Of a stretch of 64,000 nucleotides of DNA, positions 15,756-29,049 are shown in pieces. The notes beneath the pieces are model-generated. The model was not told the DNA's origin. It saw nothing but the letters and a program-made list of their open reading frames with translations, and made no database searches. Source of the DNA: the human T2T-CHM13v2.0 reference genome, Homo sapiens; the NCBI RefSeq assembly GCF_009914755.1, contig NC_060947.1; one strand, given 5' to 3'. Position numbers and translations under genes: made by a program. Every line of letters begins with the position of its first letter. Positions within the stretch are counted from its first letter, which is position 1.

Positions 15756-18290
15756 TAGAATGTTTGTCCTGCAGTAACATGCAGAAGAGTGCAATGCCTA
15801 GAAAATTTCCTTTGTGATGTTTTGTATTAAGTATTTTATTTACCTGCTTAATTGTTCAATATCTTATCACTGAGTATTTTCCACTTAAATACTTGCAGAA
15901 GATTGAATTTCTCTTCTGCATCTTTGGAGGTAGATCATTGGAACAGCATCATATTATTTTTCCAGTCATAGAAGTAATCCACTCTCAGTCAGTTTCCCCA
16001 CCTCCCACTCCTCTCTTTCAGGAGAAAAAACTAGGTGGAAGATCAGCAGACATCAGTAAACAGTAGACAAACAGGAACAGTAGGTAGAGTGATGCTATTG
16101 AGTTAATTATTGCATGGATACTAATGAATACAACTCAGTAAATGGTTTACATTTTTTTCTATTTTTCATTGGCAAGTTAAATTTAAAATAAAGCAAAGTT
16201 CTTTCTTTTGATCATAATTGAAATGCAATGCAAATAAAAATCTTTATTCCAACCTCACTGTTAAAGCAAGTGTTTTCTTTACTGTCTTCTTTCATTAATA
16301 ATTGCTATGCTCTAATAAAATTAGAGGATGTAGAAAATAATACTTATTATGAATTCTTTAACACTGGTATGCAAACATCCTCATTAAAGCCAGTGATCTA
16401 TGTTTTGTTGCTTGGATAAATGTCTGTATTCTTGTCTTTTATTCTTACAATCTATTTCTCTGCTGAAGAAGCACAATAAAGCTCTGACAGTGTCAACTCC
16501 CATTTTTTATGATACTTAAAGGAAGGACACATTTCTCTCTAAGGGCAAAATGGGATTGTAATGGGAGCTCCAAAGTAGTTAGAGGCATATTATGTAATGA
16601 CTTTCTGCCTTCACATACCCTTCATTTATTCTGCGAACATCAACTCAGGGAAGGTGACAAGCAAGTATCTATATGGCTCCCTGGAACCAGCTTCTGCACT
16701 AGGAATATCTGGCTTGTGGAGATATCCATGTCTGCCCCACACATAGGGAAGGCAACTTGCATCTCGGCAAGGTGTGGATGGCATAGAAGAGTTCACTTGC
16801 TTGCTTGGTAAATGACAGTGACACAAGTCGCATGCAGGCATGCCAACTGACTTAATCTTTCTCTACTTTCCCAATCACAATTTGGCTTTGCCTATTTATT
16901 TTTGTAGATACCATTAAAAGGAATACCATAGCTGATGTTATATCAGACCCAATTACTCTAGTGAACTGCTTCTATTTTTTTTTTTCTTTCATGCTGTGGC
17001 ATTTCCTTTTCCCTGAAAACACTCTTTCACTCAGTCTAGCAATTAACTGCTTGAACAGTATAATAAGGAAGCAATTAAGAGGTGACAGAGAAAAATTAAC
17101 ACTCCATTTCACATTAAAGACTAAGTGAGTATCCTTGCCATTGTGAGTTAAATGTGTCTTTGAAAACCTGTAGTTTGGATGTATTTTCCTTTTGAATAAG
17201 GAGCCTAGCTCCATGTTTTTTGTCTAGCATCCCAATCTGAAAATGGATGATAACTAATTGGGTGCTGTCTGCTTAAACAGGCTATATTAATTGCAGTTTG
17301 TTCTCCTGTAAGTGTCAAGGAAAACAAAATCTTTGTAATGTGTAGGCATAATGTACGGCTGCCTTCATTTGAATATGCAGGCCATGTCCTAGTGCAAATA
17401 AAGCAAACTCCTAGATGCAATGTTGCCATGGCAGGCAGCATTTGCATAATAAATAACAGCTATCATGAGACTTTCTTTATGAAGTTCTCTGTTGTGTTGT
17501 CAGCTGTAAGGGCCTCTACTAAAGCAGCCAATATTGAGGAAGTAGAGTGTGTTTTGCTTGCAAATGCAACACCCCAACCCAAGTCACTGTCAAGAATACA
17601 TTATTTTAGTGTTGCTGGCTAAATGGGATGGATTGTGCTAAGTACGTACATGGAATACATGGTGAGCTATATCAACACACATCCACAGGATGACAAGAAT
17701 ATGACTTAACCCCAAGACATTTGGTTGGATTAAGTCAGGAACATATCAATAGCTTACTCTCCGTGCCACGATCTTTCAGCACAATAGTGATATGTGCGAT
17801 CTTATTCCTCTGTCACTTAAGCCTGGGTCAAACGAGTTAGAAAATTCCTCTTATTTCTGGCTATAGGGATTGGAATCTCATTTATAGTGGGGGTGGTTTT
17901 CAAAAGCTTTATCCTGTGAGGTTTATTCTCATAATATCTTAAGGCTACTAGAACTTTTCTGATGCTTATTTGGAGGCTTTCTTGAGGGCACTGGGTGAAT
18001 TTACTTTTAGTTAGTATTAGCACAGGAGACTGGCAAAAAAGCCAGGTTATTTTCACATTGACTGTTATTTCTTTCTTTCCTTTCCCACTTTCAGAAACCC
18101 TTCTTGACTGCGTATTCTCTGGGTCTCAGAAAGATGGAAGTTTAATTGTGTGTAGGTGTGTGTGTGTTTCCCAATCTTTAACTGCTGTTCATGGAATGAG
18201 ATTAATAAGATTAATAAGAGCCTTACCTCGCATGGATTTACACATCCTACCTATTTCTTTGGCCCAGATGAGATACTATAGTTTTATTCC

Positions 18291-18785
18291 TGATGGGGTT
18301 AAGAACGTTCTCCCCAAAATATGGCATCTTGGCATGTTGAATATTTTAAACTGAAGGAATTTGAGAAATGACAGGTGCAATTAGGACTCTGACCTTCCCC
18401 TGAAGTAGGTCATAAGACTCTCATGTGATAAGTGCCCTTCTTATACCTGGAGGAAAGGAACATATTTTTCTCCCAAGACAGAGGGAAATAGAGAAGAATC
18501 TGCATGAACAGGCCTTGCTAAGTTTTCCTAAGTTTAGTACTCTTAGCTCATACCTCTTTCTGTCGGATCACATTTTTCCATGACTCTCTACTCTTCATCA
18601 AACCCAGCATAAAAACGCTCAGGTTTAACTTTTTCCTTAGGTCTTCATTTCCTTATGAAAGTTCTTATATTAGGTAAAACTTACATTAAACATATTTGTA
18701 TGCTCTTCTCTTGTTACTCAGCCTTTTGTTACAGCGATCCAGCCAAGAACCAAAAAGAGTAGGAATGGATTTTTCTTCCCCTACA
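18291..18785 (+). mobile_element. MER31B-like ERV1 solo LTR
   Basis: TG..CA termini (tgatggggtt...ccctaca), ccccaaaatatggcatcttggca motif, 4-bp TSD TTCC at 18287-18290 and 18786-18789. Confidence 0.85.
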
Positions 18786-18814
18786 TTCCCATGGAAAGAA
18801 ATCACAGCCACCAC

Positions 18815-19050
18815 CATCACTTTTGCTACTACTTATTGTGCTACTAGGCACCTGACACTGTGTTTAAATGATTTTGTGTACCTTATTTCAATTAACCCTT
18901 ACAATTCTCATAGTTTTTATTTTAAGCCTGAGAAAACTGAGGTTCAAGGTCCTTCAGTAACTTAGTCAGGGTCACAAAGCTTGGCGGAGCCAGGATTTGA
19001 ATGTTGTGCTATTTCACTGCAAATCTTGTGCTCTTTTTCACCACACTTAG
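18815..19050 (-). mobile_element. MIR
   Basis: gagaaaactgaggttca...agggtcaca...gagccaggatttgaa. Confidence 0.7.
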
Positions 19051-21688
19051 TGCCCGTGCCCCAAGGGTAGGATTTTAAGAACTGAGCATTAATGAAACCA
19101 TCTTTACACAATGCTATTTTAATGACTACAAGAAGCACTGTACTTTTTTCCCCTCAAGCCAGTGAAAACAGCAATATTCATGACTGTAAAAGAAAGGTGC
19201 AACAAATCTGGAGCTGATTCTCACCTCTTTATAGCCTGACTTATAAGGGTAAATAAGTTAGAAAGAAGCCTGCTCTAGATGGAGGCGTAATAGATTGTCT
19301 TTTATTTCCTCCAAAAAAGAGAAAAAAACAACAGCAAAACTTCAACAACTCATTTTCAACTTTTAAGAGCTCAGAAACGTAGTCTAAACTATTAAAGATT
19401 ATTTATTATCTTTTAAAAAATGTTTTATCATCTTAAAATTTCTTTGCTGATATAAGAACTTGCTGTTCAGGTGTCTTTATAGAGCAATTTTTGTAGCCAA
19501 GTTAGACGTCTTAAAATAATGACTATAATGGAAACTGGGCGTGAGGTGGCTACAACATTAGCTAAAGAGCACCATTAGAATATGCTGTATTATAGAAAAT
19601 AAACACTTGGGTACTTCTGCTTTTAAAATGAAATCCTTAAAAGCAAGGCTTCTGTGACAAATGCAGTAATAATAGTTAATAATTGTGAAGAGAGTGGTGA
19701 AAATGGCAAAAGTGACCAATTGTTTGGAGAACCTGTAAAGGTTATGTAGTTAAGATCTCTCCTGCTCCTTCCAGAAGGATTTAGGTATGAAAAATAATTT
19801 CCTGCAGCTTAGTTTTCTTTACCTTCTTTGTAGTTCTCATTATTTCTGATCTGCTGTCTTATGAACCATGGGTTGGGAGGCAAGGTTTTACTTCTTTTTA
19901 ATATTTCTCTTAAATGAACATGTCCTTCAAGTTACATAATTGCCTATCCAATCAAGTCATTCTTGGATTATTCAGGTTTCTCTACTCTGCCCATTGAGGG
20001 AGTTATATTACCAAAGAGCCTAACTATTATTTTACTCTTGAAAGTAAATCTTTGCAAAAATAAAATCATGATTCTTTTTCATTGCTCTGACAACAGGTCA
20101 GTTTTTTTGTTGGTGTGAAGCAGTAACAAATTCACTCAATTATTAATATGTACCTGTGCTCTTTTACTGTTAGTGGACTGTGCAGCATTTTCTCAAGTCT
20201 ACATAATGCCTACATTCTGGGCTCTCTCACAACCACATCTCAATGAATTCTTCAAAAAAGTAATTACAGCAGCACTCATTTGGTACATTGCTACCTTATC
20301 AGGAACTTGCACAAAGAAGTTCTTCATCTGTTCACCAAGAGGATAAGTGGAGGTAGGGAGGATGAAAGAGAGAGTTTATGTAACATATTTCAAGTAACCT
20401 TACTCATGTCCGAGACCCAAGTACTGTGTGTATATTGATCTTTAAAAGTATGCACATAATTACTTTCCTTCAGAAAGTATGGGAACTGTGCAAAATTTTC
20501 AAAGGAGAGAAAGGCCAGGATTCTGTGACAAGGTTGCCTCCAAGAATTCCAAAAGATGGGAGCTGATGGGACATGACTCTTTGTGTACCCTAATGCTCTC
20601 TAAATGGGAGAGACTTTCTTTTTGGTATTTGTGCCTGTCTACTCTCCAATATGCTGCTCATGGCAATACAGGCAGCTCCCAAGTCTGTCAGTCCTTTTCA
20701 CCTTCTCTGCCTGACTCTGGAGATACCAGGTTTTCTAAAGTTCATCACATCCATCACCCCAGAAAAAGAAACAATAGGTTCTCCAAGAAATTCTATCCAC
20801 CAGCATCCTTAAACATTTCTTAATTTGTCAAAAACATTGCAGCCAATGCACTAAGGCAATCATTTACCACGGCATTTTCTGCCAAACAGGTCCATCGCCA
20901 CTACCTAAGACATAAAAACAGAGTTCCCGAACACTTTCAGAATGAAGTTCTCTTTTTAGAAATGTCAGGTGATCTGGTGATTGATAAAGTACAAAACAAC
21001 TAAATACAACCATAAATCAAGAGTGTTTTTAGCTGGAATTTTGTTTTATGACTTGCAAAGGGATAGACATTAATTTGAGAAATGAAAAACAGTGGCAAAT
21101 AGCAATGCATATGTCTGTGAGACACATTATATATATTGTCTGCGTATAATGCATGATGAGTATTCCAAAGTCCCTGGTCCTTAGGCTCGGGATCATTAGA
21201 TTAAAGGAGTTTTCCTCTTTAGTAGAAAACTGGGAGGCGCTCCTGTCCTTTTGTTCTCCTGAATACCACTCACCTCTAGTGGTCAATATCCCTTGTGTCT
21301 CTACAGCTGTTTACAGAAAAAACTGTACTTCAGGGCATGGTGACCGTTGTCAAACCCAAATGTAATACAGATGGATACATTTGTAATTTACCAATTTTCT
21401 ATGGCTGGATTTAAAAAAAAATTGACTTCTCGATTTCTATTTTCTTCCGCTTCTAGTAGAAAGAAGAAGCCAGATCCTTTCTACTGACTTTCTCCGTAGT
21501 CATCTACCTGCCTTACTTCCTTCACCCACCTCCCTCTGCACCCTGCATCCTGCACCCATGCTGGTAACTTTCTTTCCTAAATCCCACACTCTTTAGCTTG
21601 TCACCAGCCTGGGACGAGTTCCATGACCTTTTTTTCCCCATGACTTTCCAGACAGAGCTTAATCCTTTCAGACACTCCTCTTTCTTAA

Positions 21689-22115
<427 letters not shown>

Positions 22116-22649
22116 CTACCCTAGAGTCATCTTTCTGACCCTCAGATGTCTTCTTCCCCTTTGTTCTCTTTCCTGCCAGTCAAATTCTATCTCATTACAG
22201 ATGAATGTTTTCAAGTGCCCACATTTACATATAACATCTATAAGACAACTCTCGGTGTCTACTAGAAAAATGGAGGATAATTACTTTTCACGTACAATTG
22301 AAAATGGGGGTTGTTCATCACACGCATGAAAACTTCAATCAATTATTTGTAATTCGTCTTTGGTCCTCACATCAGCACCTTGTTGAAGCCCTGTGTTGAA
22401 TGTGAATATCACTTACCTTGTCAAATAACTTCCTGGTGATGTTTTCGTATTCATTATGTAATCACTGGGACCAGTATAGAATATTTAACTTTCTAATTCT
22501 GATGCTTCCAGTAAAGCCTTACAGGGAGCTAAAGCAGAATTAAAAACACAAGTAGTAAAGACTTCAGATAGAAAGGCAAAATGCCAAGGGGAAAACCAGA
22601 GTTAACTGGCCTCTGTGCCCTTACTGAATCCTATGTTGTGTTATCACAG

Positions 22650-22830
22650 AGCTTGAGAATATCTTCATATTTTAGAGCTGGGGGAAACTGAGATCATATA
22701 ATCTCACATTCTAATTTTACAAGTGGAGAAGCTGAGGTCTGGAGAGAGAAAACTCACCTCAAGTCATGTGCTAGTCAGTAGCAAAAACAGGATGCAATTC
22801 CCAGATATCAGTCTCTCGACTGTAAGGATG
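22650..22830 (-). mobile_element. MIR/MIR3
   Basis: attttacaagtggagaagctgagg core. Confidence 0.6.
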
Positions 22831-23711
22831 TAAGGGCCTTTCCCCTCCTGTCATGCAAATGCAGGAAACAAGGTACTAAGTATAGCTAAAAATTAACACT
22901 AGAGATGTGGGTTAAATTACACAATTAATTTCAACACTCTTATTGTCCCAACACAGCAAAAATAAAGAACACAGAAGGAAAAAACATAAATAGCAGGTTT
23001 ATTACTTACAGCCACTAATACTTGCTTCTGTACAAAAGTGTTTCTTTAGATTTGTAACCCCAGATCTAATCCAGAAGCACAGCATGTGTCAGTTTGCACT
23101 GTGTCATGTGACATAAAGCTTCTTAATATAACCTGAGTCAGAGTGACATTTCTATTGCTCTGTACTGCAGTAGAAAGAAATAACAGTTCTTTCTCAAGTG
23201 GGTAATTATCTCTGTCAGTTGATATTGTTTTGCTATTTGCAGGTAGAAATGGAAAGTAGGTATGTTCTTGAGAGCGCATCTTTAAGAGAAATACCAAGAT
23301 AAGAAACTTGTGGGAAATATATTTGATAGGGTCACAGAAGTTCAGGCAACATAAATGAAAGAAAACATTATGTTTAACGAAAGATGTATGTTTACCTTGA
23401 GAAGCAGTCTGATTGGATGGCAAAGAAACAACCTTATATAGGAAACTTTATATAGGAAACAACCTTAATAAAGTGAGATTGTAATTGCAAGCTAAGAGGA
23501 GCTAGTTGAAAGTAAAGGGCAAATGTCTAAGCCTTCCTTATAAAGATATACATAAGGAATTTACTGGAACATAGATAGATAAATGGTTTGACAGGAAAAA
23601 AAGTCATTAACATTAATAGCACACACTTACTTATAGTGTACACATTACTTTAAGCACTTCATGTGTCTTAAGTCTTTTATTCATCACAACTACTGTATAA
23701 GGCAGCTACTA

Positions 23712-24007
<296 letters not shown>

Positions 24008-24065
24008 AAGGCAGCTACTATTATACTAATTTTACAGATGAGGAAGCTGAAGCCTGAGAGGTTAG

Positions 24066-24482
24066 GCATCTTAGTTTGGAGGGCTACTGTAACAAAGTAC
24101 CACAAACTGGGTGGGCCACACAATGGGAATTTATTGTCTCATGGTCTTTCAGTCTAAATGTCTGTGATCAAGGGATTGACAGAGTAGGTTTCTCCACAAA
24201 GTTATGAGGAAAGAATCTGTTTCAAGCCTCTAACCTTGGCTTGTAGATAGCCATCTTTTTCCTGTATCTCTTCACATTGTCTTCCTTTCATGCATGTCTG
24301 TCTCTGTCCCCAAATTTCTCCTTTTTACGAGGATATCAGTCATATTGGATTAGAGCTCACTGTAACTTTAACTTGATTATTTCTGTAAATATCCCATCTC
24401 CAAATAAAGTCACACTTCAATGTACTGGGGGTTAGGATTTCAAAATATGAATTGGGAAGTGGGTGCAACTCAACCCATAACA
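24066..24482 (-). mobile_element. MLT1B/C MaLR LTR
   Basis: gggctactgtaacaaagtaccacaaactgggtgg...tccaaataaagtcaca...ctcaacccataaca. Confidence 0.8.
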
Positions 24483-24869
24483 CTGGGTCATGGGTCTAAA
24501 GTCACTAGTAAGAGGAGACTGCAATTCAAAATCAGGCAGTCTGCTCCAAACCAGTACTTTACAGCATCACTCAATTTTGACATCAATATCAACATCAGTT
24601 TTATGCCAAGTGGAAAAAAAATCTTGAGAAATCTGTGAGGCCTGATGATGTAAACATGTTTCCTTTTAATCCAAAAGTGACTTAAGTAAGATTGAAACAA
24701 GGCAATGGTCATGTCTAGAACAATATCTGATGAAAATTATCACCTGGGAGTCAAGAGTGAGACTGACTTTCCTTCCTTGATTGATCTCCCATTATCTACT
24801 ACACAAAGTCGTCATTCTAAACACAATAATTGCCTTGCCCTGAACACTTTCACCAGCACTTTTCCATTT

Positions 24870-25316
24870 TGTCCTAGCCCATTTGTGATGCTGTAACAAA
24901 ATACTCCAGACTGGGCAATTTATGAACAACAGAAATGTATTCTTTCCCAGATCTAGAGTCTGGAAAGTCCAAGATCAAGGGGTCAACAGGTTTGGTGTCT
25001 GTTGAGGACCACATCTCTGCTTCTAAGATGACGACTTGAACACTGCATCCTCAAATGCTGTGTTCTCACATGGCAGAAGGAACAGAAAGGCAAGAGGGGA
25101 CAAATGCTGTGACTTCACATAGCAGAAAAGCAGAAGGGCAAAATAGGACTAGTTAGTTCCCTGCAGCCCTTTTATAAGGTCACTAATCCTATTCATGAGG
25201 GCTCTGCCTTCATGAATAAATTACCTCCTAAAGGCTCCACCTCTTAATACTATGACATTGGTGTTTAAGGTTCAACATAAAAATTTTGGAGGGACACATA
25301 CATTCTAACCATAGCA
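24870..25316 (-). mobile_element. MSTC/MSTD-like MaLR LTR inserted in an L2
   Basis: gctgtaacaaaatactccagactggg...aagtccaagatcaagg...ctcacatggcagaagg...cattctaaccatagca. Confidence 0.8.
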
Positions 25317-25519
25317 CACCTCTAGGTTTTTACCTCTGCTGTTCTTTCTATTTTGAATGCTTTCAACAACCACCGGTGAATTTTTTTGAATCCTTTGGAG
25401 CCTATCTCAAACCTCATTTATCTCTTGGGATTCCCAACCGTATGTGATCCTTCCCTCTTTTGAACTCAGAAAGCTATTGTAGCACTTCATATCATATAAT
25501 GCTTCTTAAGACACTTACT

Positions 25520-25876
25520 TTTATGAACTGAATGTTCATGTCTCCCTAAAATTCATATGTTGAAATCCTAACCCACAACATGATGGTATCTAGAAGTGGG
25601 GCCTTTGAGAGATATTAGGTAATGAGGATGAAGCTTTCATGAATGAGATTATAAGAAGAGATATGGGAGCTTGCTGTCACTCTTTGCTTTCCACCATGTG
25701 AGGACACAGCAAGAAGATAGTCAGATATGAACTTGGAAGGCTCTCACCAGACACCAAATCTGCCAGGACCTTGAGTTTGGACTCCTCAGCCTCCAGAACT
25801 GTGAGAAATAAATGTTGATGTTTTAGCCACCCAGTCTATGGTATTTTTGTTATAGCAGCCTGAGCTGAATAAGACA
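25520..25876 (+). mobile_element. MLT1A-like MaLR LTR
   Basis: aaaattcatatgttgaaatccta...cagcctccagaactgtgagaaataaat...ttgttatagcagcctgagctgaataagaca. Confidence 0.85.
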
Positions 25877-26239
25877 CTTAACATATCTGTGCATCTTAAC
25901 CTTTTAATCTTGCCTTCCTTCCATCCACACACTCTTACTATAACACCTTTCATCATCCCTGGTGATTCTGATGTGAAGAGGAAAGGCCTGTGACCCTCTA
26001 AACAGTATGTTAAAATTGTCATGTAGAAATGACACTGGAAGGGTAAATAGTGTCATTTCAAAGCCCTTATCCTAAACTAAATATCCCACATTATCATGTG
26101 GCTCGATTATTTCAAATAGTGCACATTATAAACTTGAAATATTTTTCTTTGTAACCACAACAAATGGCATCAGCAACGAAATCCTTCATTCCAAATATCC
26201 TAAAAGCCTTTCTTGGGAGGAGGATATCTTCTGGTTGAT

Positions 26240-26403
26240 AAGCCCTCTAAACTTTGAATTATCTCTTCACTTGATTTATTCACCATCGGTCTTGGAGCTC
26301 CTTGAGAGAATAATATTGCCTTTTTTTTTAAAGCATTTATGTCCCTTACAGTTACCAGCATAGGGCCTTGCACATAATAAGTGTTGAAGAAATGTTAGTT
26401 GAA
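26240..26403 (+). mobile_element. L2 3' end
   Basis: gagctccttgag...cagcatagggccttgcacataataagtgtt..aaatgttagttgaat. Confidence 0.6.
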
Positions 26404-26405
26404 TA

Positions 26406-26490
26406 TTTGACACACCATCTTTAGCTTTCCTGATGAGGAGCCATAATTTTTATAGTTCCTCATCAAGAAATCTAAGGATGGTGTGTCAAA
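26406..26490. repeat. Near-perfect inverted repeat (41-bp arms, 3-nt spacer)
   Basis: 26406-26446 vs reverse complement of 26450-26490: 36/41 identical. Confidence 0.95.
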
Positions 26491-26624
26491 AAATCCCTAA
26501 TGTATTATTTCCTATAAATAGAATGGTTTAAATTCCCAGTGGCATGGATTGATACTTCCCCGAGGCAAAACTTGCAACTCCACATGTTCACACTGAGATA
26601 TTCTTGCTTAAATAACTGAGGTTA

Positions 26625-26822
<198 letters not shown>

Positions 26823-28010
26823 TCAGGTCTAGCCTAGTCATTTAAGTCATATATTGCAATGTCTTCCAGAGGAATGGTCAGGACTGGTTGTGTTTAACTA
26901 CAAGTACATGGAACATAAACCAATACATTCATCTGTTGATTGAGTCAATGGTTGATTGATTCTTAGGCAGCTGTGAGTATGTGGGGAATAAAGGTGGGGT
27001 TATGGGAGGACTATTAGAATGACCTGTGGAGCATTGCAAGTTAAACCCACATCCAGACGTGTTCTACCCCTTGAGAGTATGCCATACTGCAGAATGAGAA
27101 CACCCTAGAGAAGTATATCAGAATTTTGAGAGCAGGAGCTAGGGTTTCATAGCCCAGATGAAAAGGTTGAAAAAATTTCCCATGGATTCTGATACCATCC
27201 TCACTGCATGCTTCCTGTTGAGGACCACTGTTGTAAGATAAGCTGAGGAGTGAATGCTGTACCAATGGATTGTTTGCCCAGACTCTACAAGCATTAGGCT
27301 GTTGTTTGTTTTGGCCCACCCATACATATGATCTGGGCCACAAACAGGGCAGCTGCATATGTTTGTGCAGGTACTCACCACACAAGGGCTCCAGGGGAAG
27401 GTGGTGAATGGGGGCTGAAATTTAGTCCATGCTCTGCACTGTTTATTCCACATTGTGTCTAGATCTCTATATCTTTAGACCTAATGGTGGTCTAACTCAC
27501 TTACAAGAGGAACTATTTAGGTTCTGGTGTTTATTTATTTGTTTATTCATTCATAATTTTTATATTTCTAGAGGTTGTGTGAAATCCAAATACTTTTCTT
27601 CATAGCATCTTGAAATTCCTAATAAAGAGCATGTTTGTAGTGAATCAGAATACTCATTTAATTATATATCAGGCTCTGCATTGAACATTGAGGGTAAGAT
27701 GCAGTCCCAACTCTCAAGGAACTTCTAAACCAATGAAGAAAGCAGAGAAATAATCACGCCACGATAGGAAGTGTAACAAGTGCCAAGACAAAGAGTTAAC
27801 ATGGAGGTTTTGAGAGCATCAAGGAGGAGCCCCAACCCTGACTGTTTCTGGTGTGTGTGGCATGCATATATGCATGCTGGGGAAAGGACTGTGAGGCTTC
27901 CCTGATGAGAGCGGAGGACTGAGTTGCGTCTTGAAGGAGGAGGAGGAGTTCAAATAACCCTTCAAATATAAAAGTGAGTGGAGAGGAGCCTTCCAAGCCA
28001 GAGAGATCTA

Positions 28011-28470
28011 CAATTGGCCTTCCATATCCATGGGTATGAGTACTTCAATTACGGATCAAAAATACTTGAAGCTGGTGCGGTGCCTTGCACCTGTAGTCCA
28101 AACTACTTAGAGGCTGAAGAGAGAGGATCACTTGAGTTTGAGGCTGCAGTGACCTATGATTGTGCCACTGTACTCCAGCCTAGGCAATAGAGAGAGACCC
28201 TGTATCTAAAAAAAGTGTATTTATATATGTACATATATATTAAAAAATAATAACAATACAACAATAAAATACAAATAAAAATATAGCCTAAAGCATTCAC
28301 ATTGTACTAGACATAAGTAATCTAGAAATGATTTATGTATATGGGAGGTAATATATAGGTTACATACAAATATTACACCATTTTATATAAGGTACTTGAG
28401 CATTTGTGGATTTTGATATCTGAGGAGGGGTCCTAGAACTAATCTCCCACAAATACTGAGGGATGAATAT
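28011..28470 (-). mobile_element. MER2 (TcMar-Tigger MITE), interrupted by a monomeric Alu
   Basis: ccattttatataaggtacttgagcatttgtggattttgatatc...aactaatctcccacaaatactgagggatga. Confidence 0.85.
28070..28214 (+). mobile_element. FRAM/AluJ-type monomer
   Basis: cacctgtagtcc..ctactt.gaggctga..ggatcacttgag..gaggctgcagtga..ctccagcct plus A tail. Confidence 0.85.
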
Positions 28471-28770
28471 ATCTGAAAACAGAAAGACCTTACAGAATCT
28501 AAAGAGTGTACGTGTGTGCATGTGCATGCATGTGTGTGCATTGTAAGGAGGTTGTTGGGGATTGATGATGAGAGTCAAACTTAAAGAGGTTTGTGAGGCT
28601 GTGAAGGGACAGGGAACTACAGCAGGGTTATAAGCAGGGGGAAGAGGGAACTTTGCTACTGCTGCTCTGTGGGTGGTGGATTAGAGTGAAGACAAGTCTG
28701 AAGGTAAGGAGATGGGTTAGAGGGTTGTAAGAGTAATCCAGGTGACAGCCAATGAGCGCTTCCATTAGAG

Positions 28771-28993
28771 CAGGGGTCAGCAAACTCCAGCCCATGGGCT
28801 AAATCTGGCCCACCATCTGATTTTGTAAATAAGGTTTTATTGGAACACAGCCATTCCCATTCATTTATGCATTATCAATGGTAGCTTTTGCTTTACAATA
28901 GCAGAGTTGAATAGTTGTTACAGAGACCATATGGCCCACATAATCTAAAATATTTACTACCTGGGGCTTTACAGGAAAAATTGGCCAACATCT
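28771..28993 (+). mobile_element. MER58A (hAT-Charlie)
   Basis: caggggtcagcaaact...gtaaataaggttttattggaacacagcca...aaaatatttactacctgg. Confidence 0.88.
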
Positions 28994-29049
28994 AAAATAA
29001 AGAGAAGTAGATGATTCTAGGCATGTAACAGATGGACTATTTTCCTTGT

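Larger units (their letters stand above)
27640..28770 (-). mobile_element. L2 fragments (interrupted by MER2)
   Basis: actcattta..., gtcccaactctcaaggaactt, gaggcttccctg, taatccaggtgacag. Confidence 0.55.

Noticed and set aside
22279-22354. Weak hairpin (AATTGA/TCAATT, TTCAT/ATGAA)
   Set aside because: Short AT-rich helices expected by chance.
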